Assembly (NCBI RefSeq): GCF_038025025.1
Contig: NW_027117351.1
Location: 744,001 to 808,000 of the forward strand
DNA from: Phyllosticta citribraziliensis
Lineage: Eukaryota
Length of the DNA: 64,000 nt
Direction: 5' to 3'
Below are positions 1 to 12,100 of the stretch, piece by piece. The number at the start of each line of letters is the position of its first letter. Within the stretch, counting starts at the first letter, position 1. The notes below the pieces were generated by a model, which was not told the origin of the DNA, made no database searches, and worked only from the letters and a program-made list of their open reading frames with translations. Both the position numbers and the translations under genes were made by a program.

Positions 1-312
1 CATGTCACTTCGGCCAAGCCAAGCCAAGCCACCCAAGCCAACTGCACTCTGACGGCTACTGCCGCTGACGACATCCATGCCCACGTCCTCCACCACCGCA
101 CCGCCTGCCTACGACTTCTGCTTCGGTCGAGTCCACGACAAGAAAAATCTCTCGCTCGGCCGGTCTCGCTGCCATACACGAGGAAAACGTCCCATTGTCA
201 CCCCTTCATCTGCCAACCACAAGTCCACACCGGACTCAGTTGCCTGCTTGCCTCCGTTCCGCCGCCCCTCGAGCCCCTCTCCCCCGGCTTCTCTACCCCA
301 CGCGGCTAGTTG

Positions 313-340
<28 letters not shown>
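313..340 (+). repeat. Poly-C homopolymer (28 C)
   Basis: Directly visible; the exact length may be an assembly estimate. Confidence 0.85.
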
Positions 341-343
<3 letters not shown>

Positions 344-668
344 CCTCCCCCTCACCTCTCAACCACTCACTCCATCATCTCCCTCACCACTTTTGCAATG
401 TCATGTTGCCCGATCTCTCTCCATCTTTGATCAACAAGCCCTATTTTATGATTGTATTACAAGCTTAAGTTTAAATTCCCCATGTCCATCCCATCTCGTC
501 AGATCCCAGAAACAAACTCTCCCAAATAAACGCCCACCATCCCACCTTCATCGCTTGACCCTGCCCATCGTCCCCCTGTCATGTCCCTGTACATCCATGC
601 AACATGTATGTAGCCCAAGGTACTGTGCGGATATCACTTTTTTTTACCCCTTCGCTTCCACCACTCCC

Positions 669-3600
669 CTAGTCGAGCTGCTGCGTCTCGACCATGCTGG
701 CGTATATGCCTCCGAGAGACACCAGCTCATCGTGCTTGCCCTGCTCCACAATCCTGCCTGCGCTGAACACGAAGATGCGATCGGCAAACTGCACGCTCGA
801 CAGCCGGTGTGCGACCATAATCGTCGTGCGCCCCGACGACGCCGCCGCAATCGCCTGTCGCACCTCCTTCTCGCTGTTGGCGTCGAGCTGCGAAGTCGCC
901 TCGTCCAGCAGCAAAATCTCCGGGTCACGAACCAACGCCCGAGCAATCGCCAGCCGCTGCCGCTGTCCTCCTGACAGCCGTGACCCGTTGGCTCCGCACT
1001 CGGTGTTGTAGCCCTCTGGCAGTCCCATGATGAAGTCGTGCATGGCGCACATCTTGCACACCCTCTCCACCTCTTCGCGCGTCACCTTGTGTCCAGGCCG
1101 CCCACCGAGCCCAACGTTGTACTCGATGCTGCCCGGGAACAGGTTGGGCTCCTGCTCCACCAGTCCAATCCGCGCCCGATGCGAGTGCACCGCAACGTTG
1201 CGAATGTCCTCGCCGTCCATTGACACGCTTCCAGCCACCGGGTCGAAGAAGCGCTCAATCAGCGACACCGTCGACGACTTGCCTGCACCTGACCGTCCCA
1301 CAAACGCCACAAACTCGCCGCCCTTGATCGACAGGTTGATGTCCCTGAGCGCCAGCGTGTCTGGCCGAGACGGGTACGCAAGGTCGACGTTCTTGAAATC
1401 GAGAGTGCCCGCCTTGGTCTTGCCGCCCGCCTTTTCGAGCAGAGGCAGAGACTCGGACGATGACAGCGAAAGCTTCTTGGCCTCGGGGGAGTCGAGGATG
1501 ATGGATGGCTTCTCGTCGTGGAGCTTGAAGACGTTGCGAGCCGCAGTCTTGGCCCGGCTGACTTCGGGCGCAAGACTGAACATTTGCCCGGCAGACTGTG
1601 CCGAGAAAAGGAGTCCCGGAAGCACAATGAAGAATTCCAGCTGCCCGTAGTAGCCCTCGCGGACGTTCTTGGCACCCCTGTCAGTGCCATTAGCATTTCG
1701 TCAACTAGATTGGAACTTTGCCATGGTACTTACCACCAGTATGCAAGAGCATATACAAAGTAAGTGATTGCAAGCGAAAAGGCCAACAGAATGTTGCCCG
1801 TCAACGTAAATTTCAAGCTCTGCTCGTAAGGACCCTGAATGGCAGATCGGTACTGCTTGAGAACATGACGCTCGCGTCCCAGGGCAGCCACAGTGCGGAT
1901 GGCGGAGCAAGCCTCCGACGCCAGCGCCGCAGCATCATTGTACGACGTTTCCTGGCGCTCTTGAGCCATGGAGAGGACGCGCAGGCGGAAGAAACCGGCA
2001 AGCAGCATAATCGGGACGGCGGCAAGAAGAACAACGGCAATTCTCCACGCAACCACGTGCGCGAGGATCATACCACCGCAGATCGAAGTGGTGACCGAGA
2101 AGACGGTTCCCAGAATGACACCGGACAAGCCGCTAATCGATCCAGCATCCATGCTCAGCTTGGACATGAGCGAGTGCGACGAATGTCCGGGCTTGGAGAA
2201 CCAAGAGACATCCTGTCGCAGAATGTTGCGCAGAGAAGTATCTTGAATGCGCATCAGCATCCACTGCGACACATAGCCGAAGCAGCTGCCGCTGGTGCAG
2301 TGTCCGAACAGGGCAATCAGGGACAAGACGAAGAACATGAGGCAGAGGAAGTTGACCTTGCTCTGGAAGTTGGGCGCTTCCGAGTCGTTGTTCAATGCCG
2401 ACACGACGTGACCGAAGGTCAGAGCCTCGCCGACAATGATACCACCACTCACAATCGAGGCGAAGAGTCCGAGAGCGATGAAGGGCGCCTCCGGCTTGCT
2501 GAGGGCAAGGGCTCTCATCAGCATGCCGCCGATGCCAAGCCTTTTACCCTTGTCCGCCTCGTCGTCCTTGGCCTCCTTGGCCTCCGAAGCTTCGCCTTCG
2601 CTTCCTTCGACCTGCTTCTCCTTGTCACCCACGACCACCGGCACAATGCTCGGAGCGGCCGTGAGCGACGACGTCTTGGAGGCACTCGCTGCTGTCTTGT
2701 CGAACTTTTGCGAGTCGACAAGACGTTTGTAGAAGCCACTCTGCTCGCAAAGGCTCTCGTGCGTGCCCTCCTCGACCAGGTTGCCGTGCTCCATGACCAT
2801 GATCTTGGCGGCATTCTTGATGGTGGCCAAACGATGCGCAATGATGATGGTCGTGCGGCCTTCGACGGCCGTGGCCCTCTCGAGAGCCTGAAGGACCAAG
2901 GCCTCGCTGGTGGCGTCCATGGCGCTGGTGTACTCGTCGAGAATCAACAAGGAAGGGTTGCCAACAAGGGCACGAGCAAGGCAGATACGCTGCTTCTGAC
3001 CACCAGAAAGGTTGGTGTGGCCAGAGCTTCCGACGCGAGTGTTGATTCCATCAGGCAGAATGTCGAAAAAGTCGCAGGCAGCCTCCTGAGCGGCTACCTC
3101 ACAGCGGCGAAGGACCTCTTCATCAGACAGACCGTGGTCTTCGCCCAGGCCGTAGCTGATGTTTTCGAGGATAGTACCCGTGAACAGGACAGGTTCTTGG
3201 CTGACAACGGAAACGCACGAACGGAGCGCTTTGACATTGAACGACTTGATGTCCCTGTCACCGATGGTGATCCTTCCCGAGGATGGGTCGTAGAATCTCA
3301 GGAGGAGGCTGGTCACGGTGGACTTGCCGGAGCCAGAAGTACCGACAATTCCGTTCACGGCACCGGGTTGAAAGTCGAGGCTGACGCTGTTGAGGACCCT
3401 GGCCGTCGGTCTCGCGGGATACACAAAGGTGACGTTGTCGAAGCGAATGCCTCCTGCAAAAGTAGTACCGTCAGGGGTGTCGCCTTCGTCGTTGTACACG
3501 TTGATATGCGCTTCGGGGTGGTCCAAGACTTGGAAGATGGATTCACCCGCACCGGCCGCCGTGGCAAAAGTCGAAAGGAAAGGACCAAACTGTCCCACGA

Positions 3601-4708
3601 CGAAGGCCGCATCGAGGATCAAAAAGACGACGGCATAGATGGTACCAGCTCCGCCCCCTTCGCCGCGTTGCTCCTGTAGACGAGTGCCCTCCCAGAAAGC
3701 AAGGGCGTTGGCAGAGTAGGCGGTGAAGTAGACTGAGCCCAGCATGACGGCTCCAGCAATCGACTTCCTGACACCAACGCTGACGGCCGACCGCAACAGT
3801 CTCAGGTAATCGTCGGCAAGCGTGTCGGCGATTCCGAATGCTTGGACGACCTGGACAGCCTTGATCGAGCTCTCGGCAATGGCAGCCGCCTTCTCAGAAA
3901 TGTCTGCTGCCCTCTTTTGCATTTTGGCCACAAACTTGGAGCCAACGGTTACAATGGTGAACATGGTCGGGACGACGGCCACCAAAAGAATGCCGGTCAG
4001 TTCGGCGTCAAGGTAGAAGCCGACGCAAAAGGCAGCGATGAAGTACGCAATTGACTGGAGGAACAGTCCAACCTTTTCCGAAGTACCCATCTGGACAGTC
4101 TGGGTCTTCTCGGTGAGGACGCCCGTCATGTCGGGGGATTCGGTGTCGAAGTAGGACATTTCCATACCCATGGCCCTCTCGACCAGGGCCTCACGCAGAC
4201 CGCGGGAGATTCTTTCGCCGACGATTCCCCAGCATACTGCCCAAGTCCATGTGACGACAAAGTAGGCCGCAGCAACACCAAGCAGTTCGCCGACATAGGT
4301 CGAAAGTTGACTGGGGGTCGGCGGGAAGGTGTTGATGAGATCTCCGAAGATGAGACCGATGACGGGGAGAGGGGCACCCGCGGCAAGAGCGGAGCAGACG
4401 CCGACAAAGAGGATAAAGCGGTCTTGGAAAGTCTTGAGCGGCCGGAAGAGGGCAAAGTAGGAAGTCTTGAACGGGTTGGAGCCGGTGATTCTGCGGAAAA
4501 CCTTTTGAGGGAAGCCGCCTATTTCAGCGTGCCACGCTCGAGGTTGAGCGGTGCTAATCGTTTGCATGTCGGCATCGCGAGCCCATGGTTCGGATCGGCT
4601 CTGGCGGTGTCGAGAGGCTGTTTCTCCGTGCACGACGTCGCCTTCGACGTTGGAGATGACGACGTTGTCGAGCACCTGAGGCTCGGTAGGGACGCTGGAG
4701 GCCTCCAT
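669..4708 (-). CDS. Full-length ABCB/MDR-type ABC transporter (TMD-NBD-TMD-NBD), 2 exons (4708-1734, 1677-669)
   Basis: ORFs 1730..4708 and 669..1625 are joined by a GTAAGT...GCTAAT...CAG intron (1733-1678) that restores ...YW|GAKNVREG. NBD1 has GTSGSGKST, LSGGQ, LLILDEYTSAMD and IAHRL. NBD2 has GRSGAGKSS, LSGGQ, ILLLDEATSQLD and VAHRL. Two multi-helix membrane domains are present. Confidence 0.95.
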
Positions 4709-4981
4709 CGGAATGTCGATTTGGAGGGAAAGCTGCCCAGCTCAGAGGTAGGCTTCAATGCCTTTTGAGAGGATCGGGGAAGACTGGTCCTTGACTTAGG
4801 CAATATGGACCATGACTTGTCGTATCCGCTGAAAAAAAACTTGGCTCTCCTGGAAGAGATGGACCTTGCACCGTGGTGTCAAGGAAGACGAGGCAGGCAA
4901 GACGAAACGGAAACAAGAGTCGGCGCTTCAGAGGCGTCCCACGTTACGAGAGAGTTGAAAAAGAGGCGGTTAGGAGAACAG

Positions 4982-4990
4982 ATCTGATAA
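4982..4990 (+). promoter_or_regulatory. SreA/Sre1-type extended GATA site ATCTGATAA
   Basis: Exact match to the ATCWGATAA consensus of the fungal iron-responsive GATA repressor, in the divergent ABC/NRPS intergenic region. Confidence 0.7.
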
Positions 4991-5347
4991 GAGGGAACAG
5001 AGGGAAAAAAGTGAAGCAGCATACGTCTGCGGCGGCGCCTCTGCCGGCGCGGTCTTCCTAAGGGCCAGCGAAGCATGGCAAATGATCCGTGTGCCACAGC
5101 TCCCCACTAAAACACGTAGAGGAGGAGTGTGCGCCGGCAAAGCGAGCGCAAAGATGCACACGGAGACGAATGGCAGGGATTCTGGCGCGGTAGCTAGGCC
5201 AAACAGAGAGTTTGTGGGGCATATCTGATCCGCCCTGGTGCGCACAGAGCAGCGGAGAAACCAGGGCAAAACCAGAATCGACTCCGACGGCCTTCCGAAT
5301 GGGACGCTGGGGCATGCAGTGTGAGAGGGCGGACGAGTTTCCATGAC

Positions 5348-5366
5348 TTATCAGATCATCAGATGA
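5348..5366 (-). promoter_or_regulatory. Second SreA-type site (TTATCAGAT = ATCTGATAA on minus), followed by a near-match ATCAGATGA
   Basis: TTATCAGAT at 5348-5356; ATCAGATGA at 5358-5366. Confidence 0.7.
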
Positions 5367-6101
5367 GATTAAGGGGCCCGTCCACCGTCCGAGTGTCACG
5401 GCCGAGGTCGGGCGGTGGGTGGTTGAGGCGTGGCTTTTGGTCGTGGTGACCAGCCAAGGGCGTCGGTGGCGGCCATGACGAGCATTGTGCCATGTCAGGT
5501 GAAAAGCAAGGTGCTGACGGGCGCGGCGCTGATGAGGATCCTGGGGAATCATGTATGCGTAGGTACCGTCGTGGTGGATGAGGGCGGCGGGAGAGGGTTG
5601 CAACGGGGACGGGCATTGTCGAGATTTCTCCTTCGGGGGGGACAAGGAGGGTGAAGGGCGGACGTGGCTTGGAGGTGGTGGAGTCGAGGTGTTGGAAGGT
5701 CGGCGAAATGACACATGGGGCCCTGGCCACCTCACCTCAGAGCGAGGGTGCACGGACACATCGGTGGGTGGTCGTGTCGCGTCATCGTCCACGGCACCTC
5801 CCCTCATCCACCCACTGCCCTGGCCACCACCACCACCACATGCACTGCAGACCAGACCACACTGCACCTCATCCAAACTCCAAGACAGCAGATGCGCTGA
5901 ACTCTTCTTTTTCCCACCGTCGTCCTCAGCTCGTCTGACTCCTGCCGCTGTGCTGAAATATCGCCGGCTGCCCTGTTTGTTGCCTGTCTTGTCTGCTTGC
6001 TGTGCGCTTCCATACATCTTCCATTTCCCCCATGCCGTGTGATCAATTTCGTCGAAATCCTCGACTCTTTCGTCACCGGCCCAGTGAGCCAGTCTTTCGC
6101 A

Positions 6102-9100
6102 ATGCAACTCACAAGCTTTCCAAATCTCCATTCATCAGACCCCCCGTGCGACCCACCGCATGCTGCCGGCGAAATCGTCCTCCACGGCCTCGCGCAGCTT
6201 CCGGATGAAGCCATTATTGCCGCTTGGGGACTGCTGCTGGGCGCCTATGCAGGCGTTGATGATGTGAGCTTTCTAGTGGACGACAGCCTTGTTCAGGTTA
6301 GCGCCACGGGCTGCATCTCGACGACGTCCGGACGACCACCATCAGCATTCTCGGATCACATTTCCGGACTCTTCTTCAAAGCGGCATGCTGCGCAACATC
6401 TTGCTCCGTGTCACCTCGACTGACGTGCATCCAGGAACCTCCTCCGCTACATGTCTCTTTGGCCCTGAGCCTCCATTGCGACCGCTCGCTTGGCCGCGTG
6501 CGGCTTGCTCACTCTTCTCGCATTCCTGCCCGTCACGCTCAGCAAATGGCCGCCCAGCTGACACGCTGCATTCTCGCGGCCTCTGGCTCTGACCAGACTT
6601 CTCAGCCGCCAGTCTCCCTCTCGGTAGTCAACCCCGATCCCAAGTTGCTGGACGGACCACGAATGCTCCAAGATCTGATCCGCTGGAATCGCTATCCCGA
6701 TCGTCTCGCAATCGACTTTCTGGGCCAACATGGCAGCCATCAAAAGCTCTCCTACTCCGCCTTGGATCGCCTCACCACCATCCTGGCCAGGGAAATACTT
6801 CCCAAATTGACGCCAACGAAGCAGCAGCACGTGGTACCGCTCTTGCTACCCCAGTCACCAGAGCTCTACGTTGCTCAGATTGCCATTCTCAAGGCTGGAG
6901 CCGCCTTCTGTCCCTTGAACCTGGACGCGCCTCCCGAGCGCGTCAAGTTCATCATCAACGATGTTTCCGCCCATTTGGTCATTACTACCTCTTCATTGCG
7001 AGACAAGATACCCCAAGATTTGCCCGTTTGTGTTTTGTCCTTAGACCATGAGAGCCTGGATTTAGCATTAGACGAGGCGCCTAAGGAGCATTCATTCACC
7101 ACCACAGCCGCGCTCAGGGAGGAGTCGTCCACTGCAACAGCACTGCCGATTCCGCTGCCGGAACAGCTCGCATATGTCATGTACACGTCCGGCTCCACGG
7201 GCACGCCAAAAGGCGTCGGTGTCTCCCACCTGGCGGCTACGCAGAGTCTTCTGGCTCATGACTTGCATATACCAGAGTTTTCGCGTTTTCTCCAATTTGC
7301 TTCTCCAACTTTCGATGTGTCTGTGTTTGAGATCTTCTTTCCTTTGTTCAAAGGTCGGACTGTTTGCACGTGTGAGCGCACCGACTTGTTGAACGACCTT
7401 CCGCTCATGATGAACAAACTGGAAGTTGATGCGGCGGAGCTCACGCCTACTGTGGCTGGCACCCTGCTTCAAACACGGCACGCTGTTCCACGATTAAAGC
7501 TGCTCCTGACAATTGGCGAAATGCTGAGCTCTCAAGTTGTCCAAGAATTTGGTGGTTGCGACAATAAGACAAGCATTCTGTGGGGCATGTACGGTCCAAC
7601 AGAAGCCGCCATCCATTGCACGCTTCAACCAAGCTTCCCCGCAAACTCCAAGGTCGGTAATATCGGAAGACCCCTGGATACCGTATCCGCATTCGTATTG
7701 GCACCCTCCGCAGATCCTTCTGCCAACTCTTCATTGGAAATTGTCCCTCTTGGTCAAATCGGCGAACTTGCTGTTGGTGGTCACCAGCTCGCGAATGGCT
7801 ACCTCAATCGGCCCGAACAGACCGCTGTTGCGTTTGTTCAACACCCAAGATACGGTCGGCTGTATCGAACCGGCGACAAGGCTCGGCTGCTCCCAGATGG
7901 CACTCTTGAGTGTCTAGGGCGTATGTCCTCGGGCCAAGTGAAGCTCCGGGGACAACGCGTTGAGCTCGGAGAGGTTGAGCAAGCCATATCGAATGTACCC
8001 GGATGCCGCAGTGCGACCGCGAGCGTAGTTGCTGGCGTCCTCGTCGTCTTCATCCTCGTTTCCGACAAGGATTTGACTCCAGAGGTCGTCTTTTCCGAAT
8101 GTAAACGCTGGTTGCCAGCTTTTATGATTCCTGGGGATGTCATCCTTTTGGGCGAGCTACCTCGCCTTCCTTCCGGTAAGGTGGACCGCCAAAAGTTGGA
8201 GACCAATTACCAGGAAAAGCAGAAACAGCCTGATGACCGACACACTCACGTCGATGAGACTGAGCGCAAAATCTGTCAACTGATTTCGAGAGTCCTCGCA
8301 CAGCCTGTTCTCCCCACAAGCAACCTTGCGAGTTTGGGTCTTGATTCTCTCAAGGCCATTAGAGTCGCATCTCTCCTCAGATCATCCGGCTTCAAGGTTG
8401 GGGCCGTCGATGTTCTTGCGGCTAACGATGCTGCTTCTCTAAGATCGATGATCCAGCACTCAAATGCTTCCACACCGCCTGCTGTACATAAAAGTTTGTT
8501 TGCTCAGGTCAAGCAGGCCACCCTGGAACTTCCTGAAATAATACCACACCTGCCCCAGATTCACGACGTACTTCCGTGTACACCTGTACAGGCTGCCATG
8601 CTAGCTGAAGCTGCCAACAATCCAGAAGCCTACTGTAACTGGATAGAGATCGAGGTTCGACAGTCACATAATGTCGCCGATATCCGAAAGTGGTTGCATC
8701 TGCTTGCTCAAAAGAACGAAATCTTGCGCACTGGCTTTGTCAGCTTAAGCAAATTGTCAATCTCGCACTCCCAAATTGTCTGGACTGGACTATCTGAGGA
8801 CCAAATCATGGAAGTGAGCGAATTCGAGCGGAGCTTCAGGCTTAGCTCTCCGTCCTCAGCACTTCGGCCCTTGCGTTTCCAGGTCAAAGTTTCCGACTCC
8901 GCTGTCAATATTGTCTGTCAAGTATTCCACGGTCTGTACGATGGATGGTCAATCGACCTGATGTTAAATGATTTGAACGACCTAGCCGCTGGTCGCTCAC
9001 CAAAGGATAGGCCGCAGTTCCGCGATGTTGTCGTACATCACTCAAGTCTGGCCGCGGCTGATATTGAACGCTCATTGGACTACTGGCGGGAACAACTCGA

Positions 9101-12100
9101 CCGCTACACTTATTCCGCGCTTCCAAATTTCAACGGCAAAGTCGTTCCTACCAGCGGCCTCCAAGTCAAGTCTCGCGAGCTCACCACCCCTCTCGATGGC
9201 TTGAGAAGATGTTCCGCAGCGCTCAATGTCAATCCGCAGGTCATATTCCAGGCTGCTCTTTCCTACCTGTTGAGTTTCTACTTGAACAACACGGATGTCA
9301 CCTTCGGCACAGTTACTTCAGGCCGAACTATTCCAATTTCTGGAATTGAGGAGATCTTGGGTCCCTGCATTTCAACGCTCCCTCTGCGACTCGACGTCTC
9401 CCACGCGCACAGGGTCAAGGATCTTCTTTTACTAGTCCATGACCGAAATCGGGCAATGCTGAAACATTGCGAGATTCCGGCAAGGGATATCAAGAAAATT
9501 TGCGGCCTCGCCCCGGGTAGTCCTCTTTACGATGTTCTCTTTGTCTGGCAAGAGACGTTGCAGGACTATACTGCTCCGGATCGCGTTGTCAAACAGGTGG
9601 ACAGTGCGGATCAGCTCGAATTCAAGCTGACTCTTGAGCTCGAGCCCCGCGCTTCCTGCATATGCGTCAAAGCTACTTACGACGCTTCAATTTTGCCAAC
9701 TCCCCAGGTCGATATCATTATGGGTCAGCTTGAAGAAATCGCTAGCTTCTTCATTAACAATGTTGAAGGCGAGCTGACAGAGTCTTCCGAGCACTTGAAT
9801 GACTCGTTGCTTTCGATGGCCAACGTCAACTTCGAGCACTTCGAATTCGGTCTCGGACCTTCTCACTGTGTCGAGACTCGAGCCGAAAAGACTCCACATG
9901 CTCCAGCTGTTGAATTTAGCCGGGTGATCTCTGAGTCGGGGATGAGGACTGACCGAATCACTTACCGAGAACTCAACATGCGGGCCAACCAATTGGCCCA
10001 TCTGTTTCTGTCCCTCGGCACAACTCCCGAAGACCTGGTGTGCATCAACATGGAGAAGTCGATCGATCTGTACGTCTCAATGCTGGCAACTCTCAAAGTC
10101 GGCGCAGGCTACGTCCCAATCTTGCCAGAAACCCCCCTCGAACGCGTGCGCTTCATCATAACCGAGGCCAAGGTGAAGACGATTGTGGCACACAGCAGTA
10201 ACTCTGCTCCCCTCGTATCTCTCGAGCGCAACTTGATCAATGTTGATCAGGTACAATTTGAGGAATTCAGCTCAAGCAATCTAAATGTGCCCTATGATGG
10301 ATCACGCGTTGGCTACGCCGTATTTACCTCTGGTAGCACTGGTGCCCCGAAGGGGGTTCTCGTCACGCAAGACAATTTGATGAGCAACCTGGAGGTGCTC
10401 GCCAGAATGTATCCGGTCGGCAAAGGATCTCGCCTTTTGCAGCAGTGCTCACAGGCCTTTGATGTCTCGGTGTTTGAGATCTTCTTTTCCTGGTACACGG
10501 GCATGTGTCTTTGCTCGGGGACGAAGGATGAACTATTTCAAGACCTGGAGCTTGCCATTCGCCAGATGCGAGTCACTCATTTGAGCATGACGCCAACTGT
10601 CGCTGCTCTTGTCAGACCGGAGAAGGTGCCAGAGGTCAAGTTCCTCGTCACCTCTGGCGAAGCCGTCACCGAGCACGTCCGACGTTTCTGGGCCGGCAGA
10701 GGCCTTTGGCAAGGCTATGGACCATCCGAGACAACAAACATATGCACGATCAATCCGAGAGTCACCGAAAATGACCTCATCAACAACATCGGATCCGCAT
10801 TTGCCAACACCTCTGCTTTCGTGATGGATAAATCCAAGGATGTTTTCGTTCCTAAAGGAGGAGTTGGAGAGCTCTGCTTCGGAGGTGACCAGGTTTTTCG
10901 CGGCTACCTGAACCAACCTGAGCTCACTGCGAGGAAACTAATTCACCACCCGAAGTTTGGACGCATCTACCGTAGTGGTGATCTTGGCCGACTCTGTCCC
11001 GACGGCTCAATCCTTTTTACTGGACGATCAGATGATCAGGTCAAATTGCGCGGTCAACGCATCGAGCTCGGCGAGATTAACAGCTGCATCCTCGACTCTC
11101 CTGGGGTCAAGGACTGTGTGACACTGCTGTTAGGAAATCATGGCAAGACCGCCCAACAGCTTGCTTCTTTCTGGGTACCATCCTACGTCAATTCCAAGGA
11201 ATTTGATTCTCTGCCGATCGACGAATCAATATCCAAGACTGTCGACGCAGTATTCGGATCCCTTGAGGGCACTCTACCCGCGTACATGCTGCCTAATGCT
11301 CTAATTCCAGTTTCGGCAATCCCAAGGACGACTCAAGGCAAGACTGACCGGCGCAAGCTCACGTCTTTGCATGAGAAATTGACTTCCGAACATCTTGACG
11401 CCGTATCACAACACAAAGCGGGACAAATGAATGCTTCTAGCGACTGGTCAGAACTTGAGCGTAAAGTCGCGGCGGTCTTGGCTGAGGTGGTCAAAATATC
11501 CGAACAAGAGATTGGTCGCCAGGTCTCGTTCTTCGCATACGGCGTGGACTCAATTTCTGCGATTTCGTTTTCCACGGGTCTCAAGGCCCGCGGCTTGCCC
11601 CGGGTTCCAGTTTCCACCATTCTCAAGAATCCTACCGTTGCGAGACTATCAAAGGTCATTGACGCAACAGCCGGATCAGTCAAGACCGAAGCTAAATCCG
11701 TCGATCTGGATCAGGTCTTCAGCAGCGAGACACGCGAGCAGATTCTGGCCAGCTTTGACCAAAGAGGCATTGCCGTTGAGAAATTACTTCCCTGTAGTCC
11801 TCTTCAGGAAGCCATGTTGTCCTCTGGGGGTCCAACTGAGACTGCAACTTACCTTAACAAGATGCTGTTCAAGATCACTGGAGATGCCGAACTGATGCGG
11901 CAGTGCTGGTTCGACGTTATCAGACGACAAGAAATTTTGCGCACTTGCTTCGTCCCTACCGAAGACTCCCAGTACGCCTTTGCTCAAGTCGTTCTCCAGC
12001 ACTATGAGGCACCCTGGGATACCTTTGAAGTTGAAGAGAGAGCGATCAGCATGGAAGTCAAGCAGTATGTCGAAAAGGTCCTGCCATTGATGGCCCCTTC

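Noticed and set aside
1..430. Pro-rich/Gly-rich ORFs at the window start
   Set aside because: Produced by the poly-C tract and GCCAA microsatellite; no coding evidence.
1718..3679. 653-aa plus-strand ORF
   Set aside because: Antisense shadow of the ABC transporter; explained by codon bias and has no recognisable domain.
5058..6131. 357-aa minus-strand ORF in the ABC/NRPS intergenic region
   Set aside because: Non-ATG start, low-complexity Pro/Ser/His composition, and overlaps promoter elements; likely spurious.
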